A stretch of DNA of 64,000 nucleotides from IMG/VR virus record IMGVR_UViG_3300039405_000004. One strand, written 5' to 3'. A program made the translations under genes and the position numbers. Within the stretch, counting starts at the first letter, position 1. Every line of letters begins with the position of its first letter. The notes under the pieces are model-generated. The model did no database searches, was not told where the DNA came from, and was given only the letters and a program-made list of their open reading frames with translations. The stretch is from a virus. This document shows positions 1 to 8,108 of this stretch, piece by piece.

Positions 1-57
1 TAATCCCCCCTCTCCGTCTGGATCTCTTGGATTGAGGTTTGTGTGGGGAGGGAGGGG

Positions 58-243
58 TTAGTCGGGCTTGGGGGCAGAAGGTTTGCGAGAGGCGCGGAGC
101 CGACGCGCGATCTTCTCGTCCACCGCCGCCCTGACGAAGCTCGCGTGATCCTCGCCTTCCTCTAGCACCGCACGGACGCGCTCCTTCGTGCCAGGGACGA
201 ACCGGATCAGCACCGGCTCATGCTCGTTCTTCGGCCGGCTCAT
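58..243 (-). CDS. Small ribbon-helix-helix-like DNA-binding protein
   Basis: MSRPKNEHEPVLIRFVPGTKERVRAVLEEGEDHASFVRAAVDEKIARR has a strand-helix-helix pattern; ATG at 243 preferred over 294. Confidence 0.6.
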   Translation of the reverse strand: MSRPKNEHEPVLIRFVPGTKERVRAVLEEGEDHASFVRAAVDEKIARRLRASRKPSAPKPD

Positions 244-257
244 ACGGCGGGTTGAAC

Positions 258-359
258 GAGATATCTCCGATGCCGTCAAGTTGGGCTGTTCCATGCGCTT
301 TTCCGAGATATCTCGGATTGCAGCTATAGCACGCCCATGCTACGAATGCGAGATATCTC
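258..359. promoter_or_regulatory. Three GAGATATCTC palindromes (operator-like) between divergent genes
   Basis: Copies at 258-267, 305-314 (inside the perfect 16 bp palindrome 302-317) and 350-359. Confidence 0.65.
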
Positions 360-375
360 GGAAGGAGCGTTTGCA

Positions 376-957
376 ATGGGCCGTGAGATCCGCCGCGTAC
401 CGCCGAGCTGGTCGCATCCGACCGAGATGCGGTTCTGCTGGGCGATGAAGATTGGCTGGACGAAAAAGCTCAGCTACGTGGCGCTGCATAACCAGACGCA
501 CGCCGAAGCTCTGGAGGAATGGGAGGCCGATAAGGCGAAGTGGGAGGCCGGCGAGCGACCTTCCTACGCCTCGCCGGAGACGACCTTCGCCGAGTACTAC
601 GGCGAGCGGCCGAACCCCGATCACTATCAGCCCTTCACGGACGAAGAGGCCACGTGGTTCCAGCTCTGGGAAACCGTGAGCGAGGGCACGCCGGTCTCCC
701 CTCCATTCGCCACCGTGGACGAGTTGGCGGCCTACCTCGCCGAGTGGGGCGACTTCTGGGATCAGAGCCGCGCCGTTGAGGCGATGCCAGCGCATGAGGT
801 CGAACGGCTGCTCGTCGCAACAGACCACAAGCACGAGTTCAAGGCCGGCTGGGGACGTGAGCGCGCAGACGCTTTCTGCCAGACTGGCTGGGCGCCGAGC
901 ATGATGGTCCGGAACGGCGAGATCCTGACGAACCCGGGCGACATGGTGAGCGCGTGA
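376..957 (+). CDS. Phage hypothetical protein
   Basis: GAAGGAG RBS before ATG 376; protein-like composition (MGREIRRVPPSWSHP...WFQLWETVSEGTPVSPPF). Confidence 0.75.
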   Translation: MGREIRRVPPSWSHPTEMRFCWAMKIGWTKKLSYVALHNQTHAEALEEWEADKAKWEAGERPSYASPETTFAEYYGERPNPDHYQPFTDEEATWFQLWETVSEGTPVSPPFATVDELAAYLAEWGDFWDQSRAVEAMPAHEVERLLVATDHKHEFKAGWGRERADAFCQTGWAPSMMVRNGEILTNPGDMVSA

Positions 958-1178
958 TGGCTGGCGCCAGCATCGCATTCGGCTGGGGTGCTCCCAGCTT
1001 CGCCGAGCAGCTTCCGAGCCTTTCGGCCGCTGACGCCGACAGAGCCGATGCCATCAGCAATGCGATTACGCTGCTTTCGGTCCACGGCATCATTACCGAG
1101 AGCGAGCGGGACCGGGCCATCCGCCGGGCGACTCGCAGCATCGAATGCGCGCTCCGGAAGCCGAAGGAGGTAGCATGA
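954..1178 (+). CDS. Phage hypothetical protein
   Basis: GTGA overlap with upstream stop; coupled operon. Confidence 0.5.
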   Translation: MMAGASIAFGWGAPSFAEQLPSLSAADADRADAISNAITLLSVHGIITESERDRAIRRATRSIECALRKPKEVA

Positions 1179-1456
1179 GTGACATCGGTCGCATTGCCTA
1201 CGAAGCGTTCTATGCCGGCTTGCCCAAGGACACATGGGATCCTTGGGAGAAGGTCGCACCGGATGCGCGGGCTATATGGTCTCGGATTGAGCGGGCAGTT
1301 CGCGCCGCCGCTGAGAACCCATCCGATCGCCAAATTGATGCGGCCTGCGCGGCTCAATACGGCAAGGGCGCATGGCGCCGCCGGAAGGAAGCTTGGGACG
1401 TGACGGCCGAGCGCGAGGCCATGCGCCGCGCTATCAAAGCGGCGGGGTCTGTCTGA
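1175..1456 (+). CDS. Phage hypothetical protein
   Basis: GGAGG RBS, ATGA overlap. Confidence 0.6.
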   Translation: MSDIGRIAYEAFYAGLPKDTWDPWEKVAPDARAIWSRIERAVRAAAENPSDRQIDAACAAQYGKGAWRRRKEAWDVTAEREAMRRAIKAAGSV

Positions 1457-1710
1457 TGCCCTGCGCCTACTGCGATGCCGATGTGGACGGAGGCTGCAAA
1501 GGCGCGGCGACGGCAACCGATTGCCTGCTGGAGCAACTTCGTTCGGCTGATGCGCAACGTGCGAAGCTGCGCCGAACCCTCGGCAGCCCCTTTCTAGCCG
1601 GCCATTCCGGCTGCGAAGGCGGCCCGTTCCTCAAGCTCAAATACGACACGAACGCACAGGCGCTGCGGGCTCACAAGGCGCTGGCGAAGCTCCTCCGAGA
1701 CCCCGCCTAG
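1456..1710 (+). CDS. Phage hypothetical protein with N-terminal Cys cluster
   Basis: TGATG overlap; MPCAYCDADVDGGC. Confidence 0.5.
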   Translation: MPCAYCDADVDGGCKGAATATDCLLEQLRSADAQRAKLRRTLGSPFLAGHSGCEGGPFLKLKYDTNAQALRAHKALAKLLRDPA

Positions 1711-1738
1711 CCATTCTGCGCAGATAGGAGAGCAAGCG

Positions 1739-2149
1739 ATGGACATTCAGGCCCTGATGAACGCGCTGAGCGCCAGCGCGAAGACGACGCGCAGCGGCTA
1801 TCACCTGTCGCTTGGCAAGCTGATCGCTGCCCTAGAGGCCGCGCCGGCAGACGCCGTTGTCGAACTGGATTGCGGCGGCTCTCCGTCCAATCCGCACAGC
1901 TACCGCGGCTACTACGAGGATCTGGCTTTTGAGACCGATCCCGATCCGATCACGGTCGCGCAGTTCCTGTCGCTCTGCCGATCCGTTCATGGACAGACGC
2001 TTCAGGGCTGGAAGGGCGGCGATTACCTGATGGGCGACGATGCGGTTCTCTGGATCGCCGTGAAAGGCCACAGCAGCGGCCGCGCCGTCATGGGCGCCCA
2101 CGTGGTGGGCGACAAGCTGCTCCTGCTGACCAAGGAAGTCGACGACTGA
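1739..2149 (+). CDS. Phage hypothetical protein
   Basis: AGGAG RBS; SYRGYYEDLAF...GWKGGDY motifs. Confidence 0.7.
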   Translation: MDIQALMNALSASAKTTRSGYHLSLGKLIAALEAAPADAVVELDCGGSPSNPHSYRGYYEDLAFETDPDPITVAQFLSLCRSVHGQTLQGWKGGDYLMGDDAVLWIAVKGHSSGRAVMGAHVVGDKLLLLTKEVDD

Positions 2150-2177
2150 TCCCGCCTAACCCCAGGATCTAAACGCC

Positions 2178-2480
2178 ATGGCCGAGAGGAGCGCGGAGAT
2201 GCGACAGCCGATGCAGAGCGACCCGGTGGTCGTGCTTTACACCAACTGGCGCGGGGTCACGGCGGTTCGACGCCTCGTGCCGGCTTCTGCCATCCCGTTC
2301 TGGTGGGGCGAGAGCAGCTACCACAAAGAGCCCGATGGCAAGCCGCTGGAGCAGTGGTTCTTCCGGGCGATCGATGCCGACCGCGAGGAAGACGGCGCCC
2401 GCGACTACGCGCTGTCGGGCGTGAAGGCTTGGGGCATCGATGCCGTGGTCGCTGGTTCGCGGATTGAGCCCCATGCCTGA
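2178..2480 (+). CDS. Stand-alone WYL-like domain protein
   Basis: LYTNWRG...RRLVP...WWG...H...QWFFRAID...RDYAL follows the WYL pattern (Y-x-N...R...P...W-x-L-x-A...R-x-F). Confidence 0.55.
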   Translation: MAERSAEMRQPMQSDPVVVLYTNWRGVTAVRRLVPASAIPFWWGESSYHKEPDGKPLEQWFFRAIDADREEDGARDYALSGVKAWGIDAVVAGSRIEPHA

Positions 2481-3132
2481 CGCCCTCTCCCTTTCCCGAA
2501 CAGAGCTTCCAGAGGAGATCGAGAAGGCGATTATCACGCTTTGTCGCGCGGAAGGATCTCTCGGCAACCTGTCTCTGACCGGCCGCAACTACCAGCGGGC
2601 AATGACCGCAGCATACGAAGCCAGAGAAGCCCTCACCGCCGCGATCCTGTCCCGGCTGGGAGAAGCAGAGGCTCGGCGAGAGGGAGCCCAGGGCGCGCCC
2701 TTCGGGACGGGCTCTAGCCCTTCGGGTCCTGCTCCTTCGGATCAGGAGCCTTCGGCCTACGATCCCTCGCGCAGCCCGCCACGGCCATTGCGCTATAGCG
2801 TCATCCTAAAGTGGAGTGACGAGGACCAAGTCTTCGTCGGCCGTGTTCCCGAACTGCCGGGCTGTTGCTTCCACGGCGACAATCAGGTTGAGGCCATCGG
2901 TGAGGCGGCTTCGGCTATTGCTTGCTGGATCGAGGCGGCCGAGGCGGCTGGCAACCCTATCCCAGACGCGGTGCTGCTAGATGGTGCCGATTTCCCGCCG
3001 TGGTCGCCGCCCGCGCAAGAGACCGAAGCCCGTAGGGCCGAGACCTTGGGCTCGGCTTGCGAGGGCTCGGTGGCCGAAGGCCATGCGCCCGACCTCACCG
3101 AAGCCGGACGCCTCGCGATCAAGGACGCCTGA
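2473..3132 (+). CDS. hicB: Fusion protein containing a HicB-like antitoxin N-terminal domain inside a repeat-bounded cassette
   Basis: YSVILKWSDEDQVFVGRVPELPGCCFHGDNQVEAIGEAASAIACWIEAAEAAGNPIP is a typical HicB RNase H-like domain. Confidence 0.7.
   Translation: MPDALSLSRTELPEEIEKAIITLCRAEGSLGNLSLTGRNYQRAMTAAYEAREALTAAILSRLGEAEARREGAQGAPFGTGSSPSGPAPSDQEPSAYDPSRSPPRPLRYSVILKWSDEDQVFVGRVPELPGCCFHGDNQVEAIGEAASAIACWIEAAEAAGNPIPDAVLLDGADFPPWSPPAQETEARRAETLGSACEGSVAEGHAPDLTEAGRLAIKDA
2691..2772 (-). repeat. Cassette left-end hairpin repeat L1
   Basis: GGGCGCG start, four C(TTCG)G hairpins, GATCCCTCGCGC end; similar to 60551-60634. Confidence 0.85.
3025..3090 (+). repeat. Cassette right-end hairpin repeat R1
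   Basis: GAAGCCCGTAGGGCCGAGAC...GGCCGAAGGCC...GCGCCC; similar to 59734, 61147, 63688 and to the reverse complement of 63158-63186. Confidence 0.85.
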
Positions 3133-3134
3133 GG

Positions 3135-3380
3135 ATGATTGAAGCTCTCATGACACCGGTCGATGCCCCGAAGGCCGGCCCCTACGACTTCGTCGGCTTC
3201 GTCTGCGTCGATCCAGGCGGCGAGCCTTTCTGGCCATCTGCGCGCGGGTCATCGGCGGAGAGTCTTCGCATCTGCTTCGGTGTCTCAGATGCCTATCGCT
3301 TGGATGACCTGGCTCGCAATGGCTGGCGTTGCGTGCCGATAGCAGCCCTCTCCTCCCCTGCAGCTACCGAGGAGGGCTGA
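3135..3380 (+). CDS. Phage hypothetical protein
   Basis: GAGG RBS, ATG 3135. Confidence 0.5.
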   Translation: MIEALMTPVDAPKAGPYDFVGFVCVDPGGEPFWPSARGSSAESLRICFGVSDAYRLDDLARNGWRCVPIAALSSPAATEEG

Positions 3381-3383
3381 GGG

Positions 3384-3935
3384 ATGGTTGAACGTGCCTT
3401 GATCCTACCGCCGTTGCGCCGGACCGCTGCGGATGCGTTTCATTTCGCGGCGATCGCCCATCAGGGGCAAACCGACAAGGCTGGACGGCCCTACGTGGAG
3501 CATCTGGGGCGCGTTGTTTTGCGTACCCGAAACCTCGCCCGAGACTGCCCCTTTTGGAGCGACTGGGAGCGGGACGAGGCAGCGCAAGTCGCTTGGCTGC
3601 ACGACACTGTAGAGGACGAGCGCTGCCAAGCCTTCGACCTCCGCGATGAGGGCTTCTCGGATCCCGTCATCCTTGCCGTGCGCATGCTGACTAAGGGCTT
3701 CCACGGCCTGCTGGATCCCTCTGGCAAGATGCCGTACCTCGGCTGGATCGAACTGATCACCCGCAAAGCCGATCTGCCGGCCATCCTCGTCAAGCTCGCC
3801 GACGTCGAGGACAACAGCGACTCAGAACGCCTCGCCCTCCTCCCGGAAGAGACCCGGGAACGCCTGCTCAGGAAGTACGAGCCGGCGCGAGAGATCTTGA
3901 AAGCGGCTGCACGAGCAAAAGGATGGCAGGGATGA
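3384..3935 (+). CDS. HD-domain protein, small alarmone hydrolase (Mesh1/SpoT-HD)-like
   Basis: AHQGQTDKAGRPYVEH, AWLHDTVED and VKLADVEDN motifs. Confidence 0.8.
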   Translation: MVERALILPPLRRTAADAFHFAAIAHQGQTDKAGRPYVEHLGRVVLRTRNLARDCPFWSDWERDEAAQVAWLHDTVEDERCQAFDLRDEGFSDPVILAVRMLTKGFHGLLDPSGKMPYLGWIELITRKADLPAILVKLADVEDNSDSERLALLPEETRERLLRKYEPAREILKAAARAKGWQG

Positions 3936-4174
3936 GACAGGACGTTATCAGGCTGCGCTTTCACCTCGTCGGCGGCCAGACGGTCGAGCGCATCATTGAG
4001 GTGACGGATGGAATGGCCGTCACCCAGGACAGCCTCTCCGAGTTTGCCCAGCGCATGACCCAAGTCGATAGCATCTCGATGGCCGCCGGCAAGGGGCGAT
4101 CGGTTGCGATCCCATCCATGAAGAACGTCGCCCTGCTTGAGGCCGAGGGCGTCGGCGTTGGGGAGCACATCTGA
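3932..4174 (+). CDS. Phage hypothetical protein
   Basis: ATGA overlap. Confidence 0.55.
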   Translation: MRQDVIRLRFHLVGGQTVERIIEVTDGMAVTQDSLSEFAQRMTQVDSISMAAGKGRSVAIPSMKNVALLEAEGVGVGEHI

Positions 4175-4232
4175 CACCGCCCAGGATCTCCGTCTGGCAG
4201 CGGGTTGAGAGAAGGGGTGGAGGGAGCAGAAA

Positions 4233-4442
4233 ATGAATTGGCGTCAAGGCATCGTCACGGTGATCGGGCTGGCGGCGTTCGTAGGTTGGGGTGCTGCCGG
4301 CGTGTCGGTGTTTCGCGCATGGATTGACGGCATGCCTCCGGGCGGCATCGCCGCTACCTTCGCTGCCCTGTCGACTTTCGGGACAGCCTGCCAAGCCATC
4401 GATCTCGGGCTCACCGCCTATCAGAGAGCTGGGTGTCGATAG
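4233..4442 (+). CDS. Small two-TM membrane protein
   Basis: GGAGGGAG RBS; two hydrophobic segments. Confidence 0.55.
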   Translation: MNWRQGIVTVIGLAAFVGWGAAGVSVFRAWIDGMPPGGIAATFAALSTFGTACQAIDLGLTAYQRAGCR

Positions 4443-4495
4443 AGGAGCGGGCATCCTCCCTTCCCCGCGCGATCCGCCCGCGGTAGCCTCAACCT

Positions 4496-4684
4496 ATGAG
4501 CGACGACCACGACGCGATTACCGAAGCCGCAGACGCCCTGATTGCCTACGGCTACACGGTCGAGCCGGTCGGTGACGATTTCGCGCTGTGGGTCGTGGAC
4601 GGCAAGGGGATGACGGACAGTGATGTGCTCGCCCTCGCCGTGCGCCTCGGCCTCATGGACTCGACGACGGACAAGCTGCAGTAG
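4496..4684 (+). CDS. Small acidic hypothetical protein
   Basis: Protein-like ORF of 62 aa. Confidence 0.55.
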   Translation: MSDDHDAITEAADALIAYGYTVEPVGDDFALWVVDGKGMTDSDVLALAVRLGLMDSTTDKLQ

Positions 4685-4691
4685 CCGGGCC

Positions 4692-4946
4692 ATGCCCACC
4701 GAACCACCCGCGCCAGTCCGAGGCCGCCAGCTCGAAGCTCTCCGCGCGGCTTTGTTGTACCCGCAAGGGCTCCGCCATGGAGCCTATCCGAGCGCGATGC
4801 TAATCCTCCGAAAGCGCGGCTTCGTCGTCTCTCGGATGGCGCACGGGCCAGGGCGGAAGGTACCGGCGTGGTTCATAACCGAGGCAGGGCGGGAGCATCT
4901 GGCCGAGATTGACGCGAGCAAGCCGGTGCGGGTGTCAGCGGACTGA
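4692..4946 (+). CDS. Winged-helix-like hypothetical protein
   Basis: ...LRKRGFV...WFITEAGREHL, MarR/wHTH-like ending. Confidence 0.5.
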   Translation: MPTEPPAPVRGRQLEALRAALLYPQGLRHGAYPSAMLILRKRGFVVSRMAHGPGRKVPAWFITEAGREHLAEIDASKPVRVSAD

Positions 4947-4947
4947 C

Positions 4948-5154
4948 TTAGGCGCGCTCGCCGTACCATTCCGCAAGCCGCTGGATGGCCCAGAAATCGC
5001 AGAGGCCATCGCCCTCAACCGGCACGGTGAAGACGCCGCGAGGACCCTTCCACCACTCGGCGGTGTTCAACGGCCCAAGCCCCTGCAACGGCTCGCAGCC
5101 CCAGGATCGAAGCTTCCGCTCCCACTGGTGTCGCTGTAGGAACGGCTCAATCAT
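4948..5154 (-). CDS. 68 aa HicA-fold-like protein lacking the catalytic His
   Basis: WERKLRSWGCEPL...WWKGPRGVFTVPV; directly downstream of a HicB-like gene. Confidence 0.5.
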   Translation of the reverse strand: MIEPFLQRHQWERKLRSWGCEPLQGLGPLNTAEWWKGPRGVFTVPVEGDGLCDFWAIQRLAEWYGERA

Positions 5155-5155
5155 G

Positions 5156-5476
5156 TCACGCGCAGAGCGCAGCGTACTCCACGTGGTGAGGGAGGTCTTT
5201 CGGCTTCGGGTCGACCACGCCACAGCGCACAAGCTCGTCGCGCAGTTCGCCGAGTTGCGTGGTGATGATCTTCTCGCCGAGCTGCGCGGACAGGATGCCT
5301 TCCAGCGCCGGCTGCACATCGGCCAGGACCGCGTCGGCGTCGTGGTGCGACAGCACGAAACCAGGGACATCTTCGCACCAAGCGCGCACGCCCCCATCGA
5401 CGCGGCGTTCAAAGAACACCACGATCTTGAAGGAGCGAGAAGGGCGGCCGGCAGTCATCTGGATCACATTGCCCAT
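5156..5476 (-). CDS. HicB-like / DUF1902-like protein
   Basis: KIVVFFERRVDGGVRAWCEDVPGFVLSHHDADAVLADVQPAL resembles the HicB beta-beta-beta-alpha fold. Confidence 0.6.
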   Translation of the reverse strand: MGNVIQMTAGRPSRSFKIVVFFERRVDGGVRAWCEDVPGFVLSHHDADAVLADVQPALEGILSAQLGEKIITTQLGELRDELVRCGVVDPKPKDLPHHVEYAALCA

Positions 5477-5607
5477 GGCCGATGATATCGCGCTGATTGT
5501 GCCGGGGACAAGTTACAAACGCATGTAGTTGCCGAGCTTGGCCGCTGTGCCGCGTCGGGACCGGACGGGTATCCGACATTCGAGGTTGCTAAGCCCATAG
5601 CTGCCCA

Positions 5608-5790
5608 TCAGGTCGATTGTGGCTTTGGAGGTTGATGGGGAGAAGCGGGCCTGATGCCCGCTTCGTCGTTCGGGGCTGTGAGTCGGTCGAACTCAGCTAA
5701 GGCTCGTTTGAACGCGGCATTCCATCTACGAATGCTCGGAGCCGCAGACATGGCGGTCAGAGCCCGCTCGAAGGCGTGGTGTTCGGTCAT
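5608..5790 (-). CDS. Small hypothetical protein
   Basis: Coupled to the upstream ORF. Confidence 0.4.
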   Translation of the reverse strand: MTEHHAFERALTAMSAAPSIRRWNAAFKRALAEFDRLTAPNDEAGIRPASPHQPPKPQST

Positions 5791-5793
5791 CTG

Positions 5794-6024
5794 TCAGCGC
5801 CCTCCGGTGCAGGCATTGCGATAAAGGCCAACCCACACGGGCTCCGGCCCCGGCTCCGGCGCCTCGCCGATTAGAACCGCGTAGGCTACGTTGCGAAATT
5901 GCTGGGCGAGCAGCACGGCATCCATCCAGTCTTGCGGCTCAGACGACGCGCATGCCTTGGCATAAGCGGCATCGAACGCCGCCATGCTGGTTTGGAAGCA
6001 GTCCGTTCGCCATCCTTTGCTCAT
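5794..6024 (-). CDS. Small hypothetical protein
   Basis: ATG 6024 after GAGG; divergent from the RHH gene. Confidence 0.45.
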   Translation of the reverse strand: MSKGWRTDCFQTSMAAFDAAYAKACASSEPQDWMDAVLLAQQFRNVAYAVLIGEAPEPGPEPVWVGLYRNACTGGR

Positions 6025-6042
6025 TCCAGCGCCTCTCAATCT

Positions 6043-6129
6043 GATATCTCTTTTCAACATAGATGATATCTGATACGGGTCAAGCGCGATCCGTGTAGGT
6101 GATATCAACTTGCGGAAAATGGAGATATC
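6043..6129. promoter_or_regulatory. Four GATATC-centred operator-like sites
   Basis: GATATC at 6043, 6065, 6101 and 6124 in an AT-richer divergent intergenic region. Confidence 0.6.
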
Positions 6130-6133
6130 AGCA

Positions 6134-6337
6134 ATGAACGTGGCCGTGGGCCGGAAGCGTATCAACGAAGAGCAGATGCCTGCGCGCCTCCCGGCCGGGA
6201 CGTTCGCGCGGATGGATGCTGTGCTGGATCAGGGCGAAAAGCGGTCCGATCTCCTACGTGGGGCGGTCGAGCGCGAACTGAAGCGGCGGGAGAAACGGCA
6301 GCCAGGAAAAGGGGCTACCGAGGGGGAGAACGGTTGA
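6134..6337 (+). CDS. Ribbon-helix-helix-like regulator coupled to the transposase
   Basis: GRKRINEEQMPARLPAGTFARMDAVLDQGEKRSDLLRGAVERELKRRE; overlaps the transposase start. Confidence 0.65.
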   Translation: MNVAVGRKRINEEQMPARLPAGTFARMDAVLDQGEKRSDLLRGAVERELKRREKRQPGKGATEGENG

Positions 6338-7620
6338 GCGATCTGCTTCGCCTGAAGCACCTGGAGCACGTCGCCGACTACGAAGAGGGCGACGACCTGA
6401 TCATCAAGGCGAGAAGCAAGCGCCCCTCGCCGGAGCGGCAGTGCTGCCTGCTGGTGAACTTCGTCAAGAATGGCCGGAAGACCATGCGCTTCCGTGACGA
6501 GCCGAACCGGCGGCAAACCGTGTTCATCGAGATCGACCGCCAGCGCTTCAAGTGCAAGGAATGCGGCAAGCCGATGTACGAGGGCCTGCCCGACATCGAC
6601 ACCCGCCACGACATGACCAAGAAGCTGCTCCGGCGCATTCAGAAGGACGCCGTCGAGTGGCCGTTCAATCAGGCAGCCCAGGTCAATGGCGTCGATGCCA
6701 AGCAGGTCGAGCGGATCTTCAAGGACTACGCCACCCGGAAGCTCAAGGGCTACGTGCCGACGATGCCGCGCGTGCTCGGCATGGATGAGAAGTACATCCA
6801 GAAGAAGGCCCGCTTCATCCTCGGCGACATCGAACGGGGCGACATGCTCGACATGCAGCCGTCCCGGAAGGTGCTGGACCTGAACCGCTACTTCGGGGCC
6901 ATGCCCGGCAGAAACCACGTTGAGGTGGTCTGCCAAGACATGTGGAAGGACTATCGCGGCATCACCAAAAAGCTGTTCCCGAATGCCGTCACGGTGATCG
7001 ACAAGTACCACGTTCAACGGACATCCAATCGTGGCGTGGAGGCGATCCGGCGCCTGTTCCAGGGGGACGTGTCGAGATCTGAGCGCATTCACCTTAAGAA
7101 CAAGCAGAAGGTCTTCCTCGCTCGTTGGGAGACCGCGAAGCCCTTCACCCGCAACCAACTGACCGCCCTGTTCACCTTCTTCCCCGAACTCAGGCACGCC
7201 TACGAGTGGAAGGAGGCCTACTACGAGATCTACGACGCGACCTCGAAAGCCGAGGCGAGCGAGCGCATGGATCAGTGGCTGCGGGATCTGCCACCCGCCT
7301 ACCGTCGCCCATTCAAGCCGAGCATCGACGCCATCAACAACTGGCGGCCGTGGATCTTAAACTACTGGGACCACCTCCAAACCAACGCCTATGTCGAAAG
7401 CCTGAACAATCTCATCGGCCGCATGAACATGCAGGGCGTCGGCTACGACCTCGAAACGCTGCGGGCGAAGGCCCTGCTCAAGCACGGCCGGATCGGCGAG
7501 GAGATCCGGCTCGGCATCACCCGCGAAGGCCACGGACACGGCGCGCTGCGGACCCGGAAGTTTATCCTCGGCGTGCCGCTATCAACCCTGGAAGCCGATT
7601 TAGCGGCGGGTACGTTCTGA
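6334..7620 (+). CDS. ISL3-family transposase
   Basis: Zn finger (RFKCKECGK), GMDE, CQDMW, IDKYHV and TNAYVESLNNLI motifs; intact 428 aa. Confidence 0.9.
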   Translation: MSDLLRLKHLEHVADYEEGDDLIIKARSKRPSPERQCCLLVNFVKNGRKTMRFRDEPNRRQTVFIEIDRQRFKCKECGKPMYEGLPDIDTRHDMTKKLLRRIQKDAVEWPFNQAAQVNGVDAKQVERIFKDYATRKLKGYVPTMPRVLGMDEKYIQKKARFILGDIERGDMLDMQPSRKVLDLNRYFGAMPGRNHVEVVCQDMWKDYRGITKKLFPNAVTVIDKYHVQRTSNRGVEAIRRLFQGDVSRSERIHLKNKQKVFLARWETAKPFTRNQLTALFTFFPELRHAYEWKEAYYEIYDATSKAEASERMDQWLRDLPPAYRRPFKPSIDAINNWRPWILNYWDHLQTNAYVESLNNLIGRMNMQGVGYDLETLRAKALLKHGRIGEEIRLGITREGHGHGALRTRKFILGVPLSTLEADLAAGTF

Positions 7621-7661
7621 CCCCGGATCAACCCCGAAAGACGTTAACCCGACCGGACACG

Positions 7662-7692
7662 AAAAAACCGCCTCGGCGGGTGCCGGGCGGTT
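7662..7692 (-). terminator. Intrinsic terminator ending the late/lysis operon
   Basis: AACCGCCCGG...CCGAGGCGGTT hairpin followed by a T-tract on the minus strand. Confidence 0.75.
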
Positions 7693-7727
7693 GGGCAGAG
7701 AGAAGATTGTGAGAGGCGCAGTCCCGG

Positions 7728-8108
7728 CTAGCGCCTCGTTCGAGCGGGACGTGAATGGTCGTCGTCCAAGCGGTCCAGCGTCTCGGCAAGCCGAGCAATG
7801 GCGCTCGTCATCTGGCTATTGTGCTGAGCCTCCTCAGAGGCCGTCTCGGCGACAATCGCCGCCGTCAAGCCGTTGATCGCCTTGGCCAGATCCGCGAGGG
7901 CGATACTGTCAAACAAGGCGCTCCCCGATGCCGCGCCGATGTCGCGAGCCACCTCAGGCTTCATCGCCCCTGCCGCCCGGAGTTCCTTCCTGTACCCCCA
8001 CCACTCCTTCATGAACCCGGTTAGCGGAACGAGAACGACACCGGCCGCTGTCATCAGGGCTATGACAACTGCCGGCCACCCATCAAGCTGCTGAGCTGCC
8101 GCTGGCAC
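7728..8108 (-). CDS. Membrane-anchored lysis-region protein
   Basis: One N-terminal TM segment plus a helical tail. Confidence 0.6.
   Translation of the reverse strand: MPAAAQQLDGWPAVVIALMTAAGVVLVPLTGFMKEWWGYRKELRAAGAMKPEVARDIGAASGSALFDSIALADLAKAINGLTAAIVAETASEEAQHNSQMTSAIARLAETLDRLDDDHSRPARTRR

Noticed and set aside
5477-7720. attL/attR or tRNA integration site at the convergence of early and late arms
   Set aside because: No tRNA end, integrase or duplicated core sequence was found in the window
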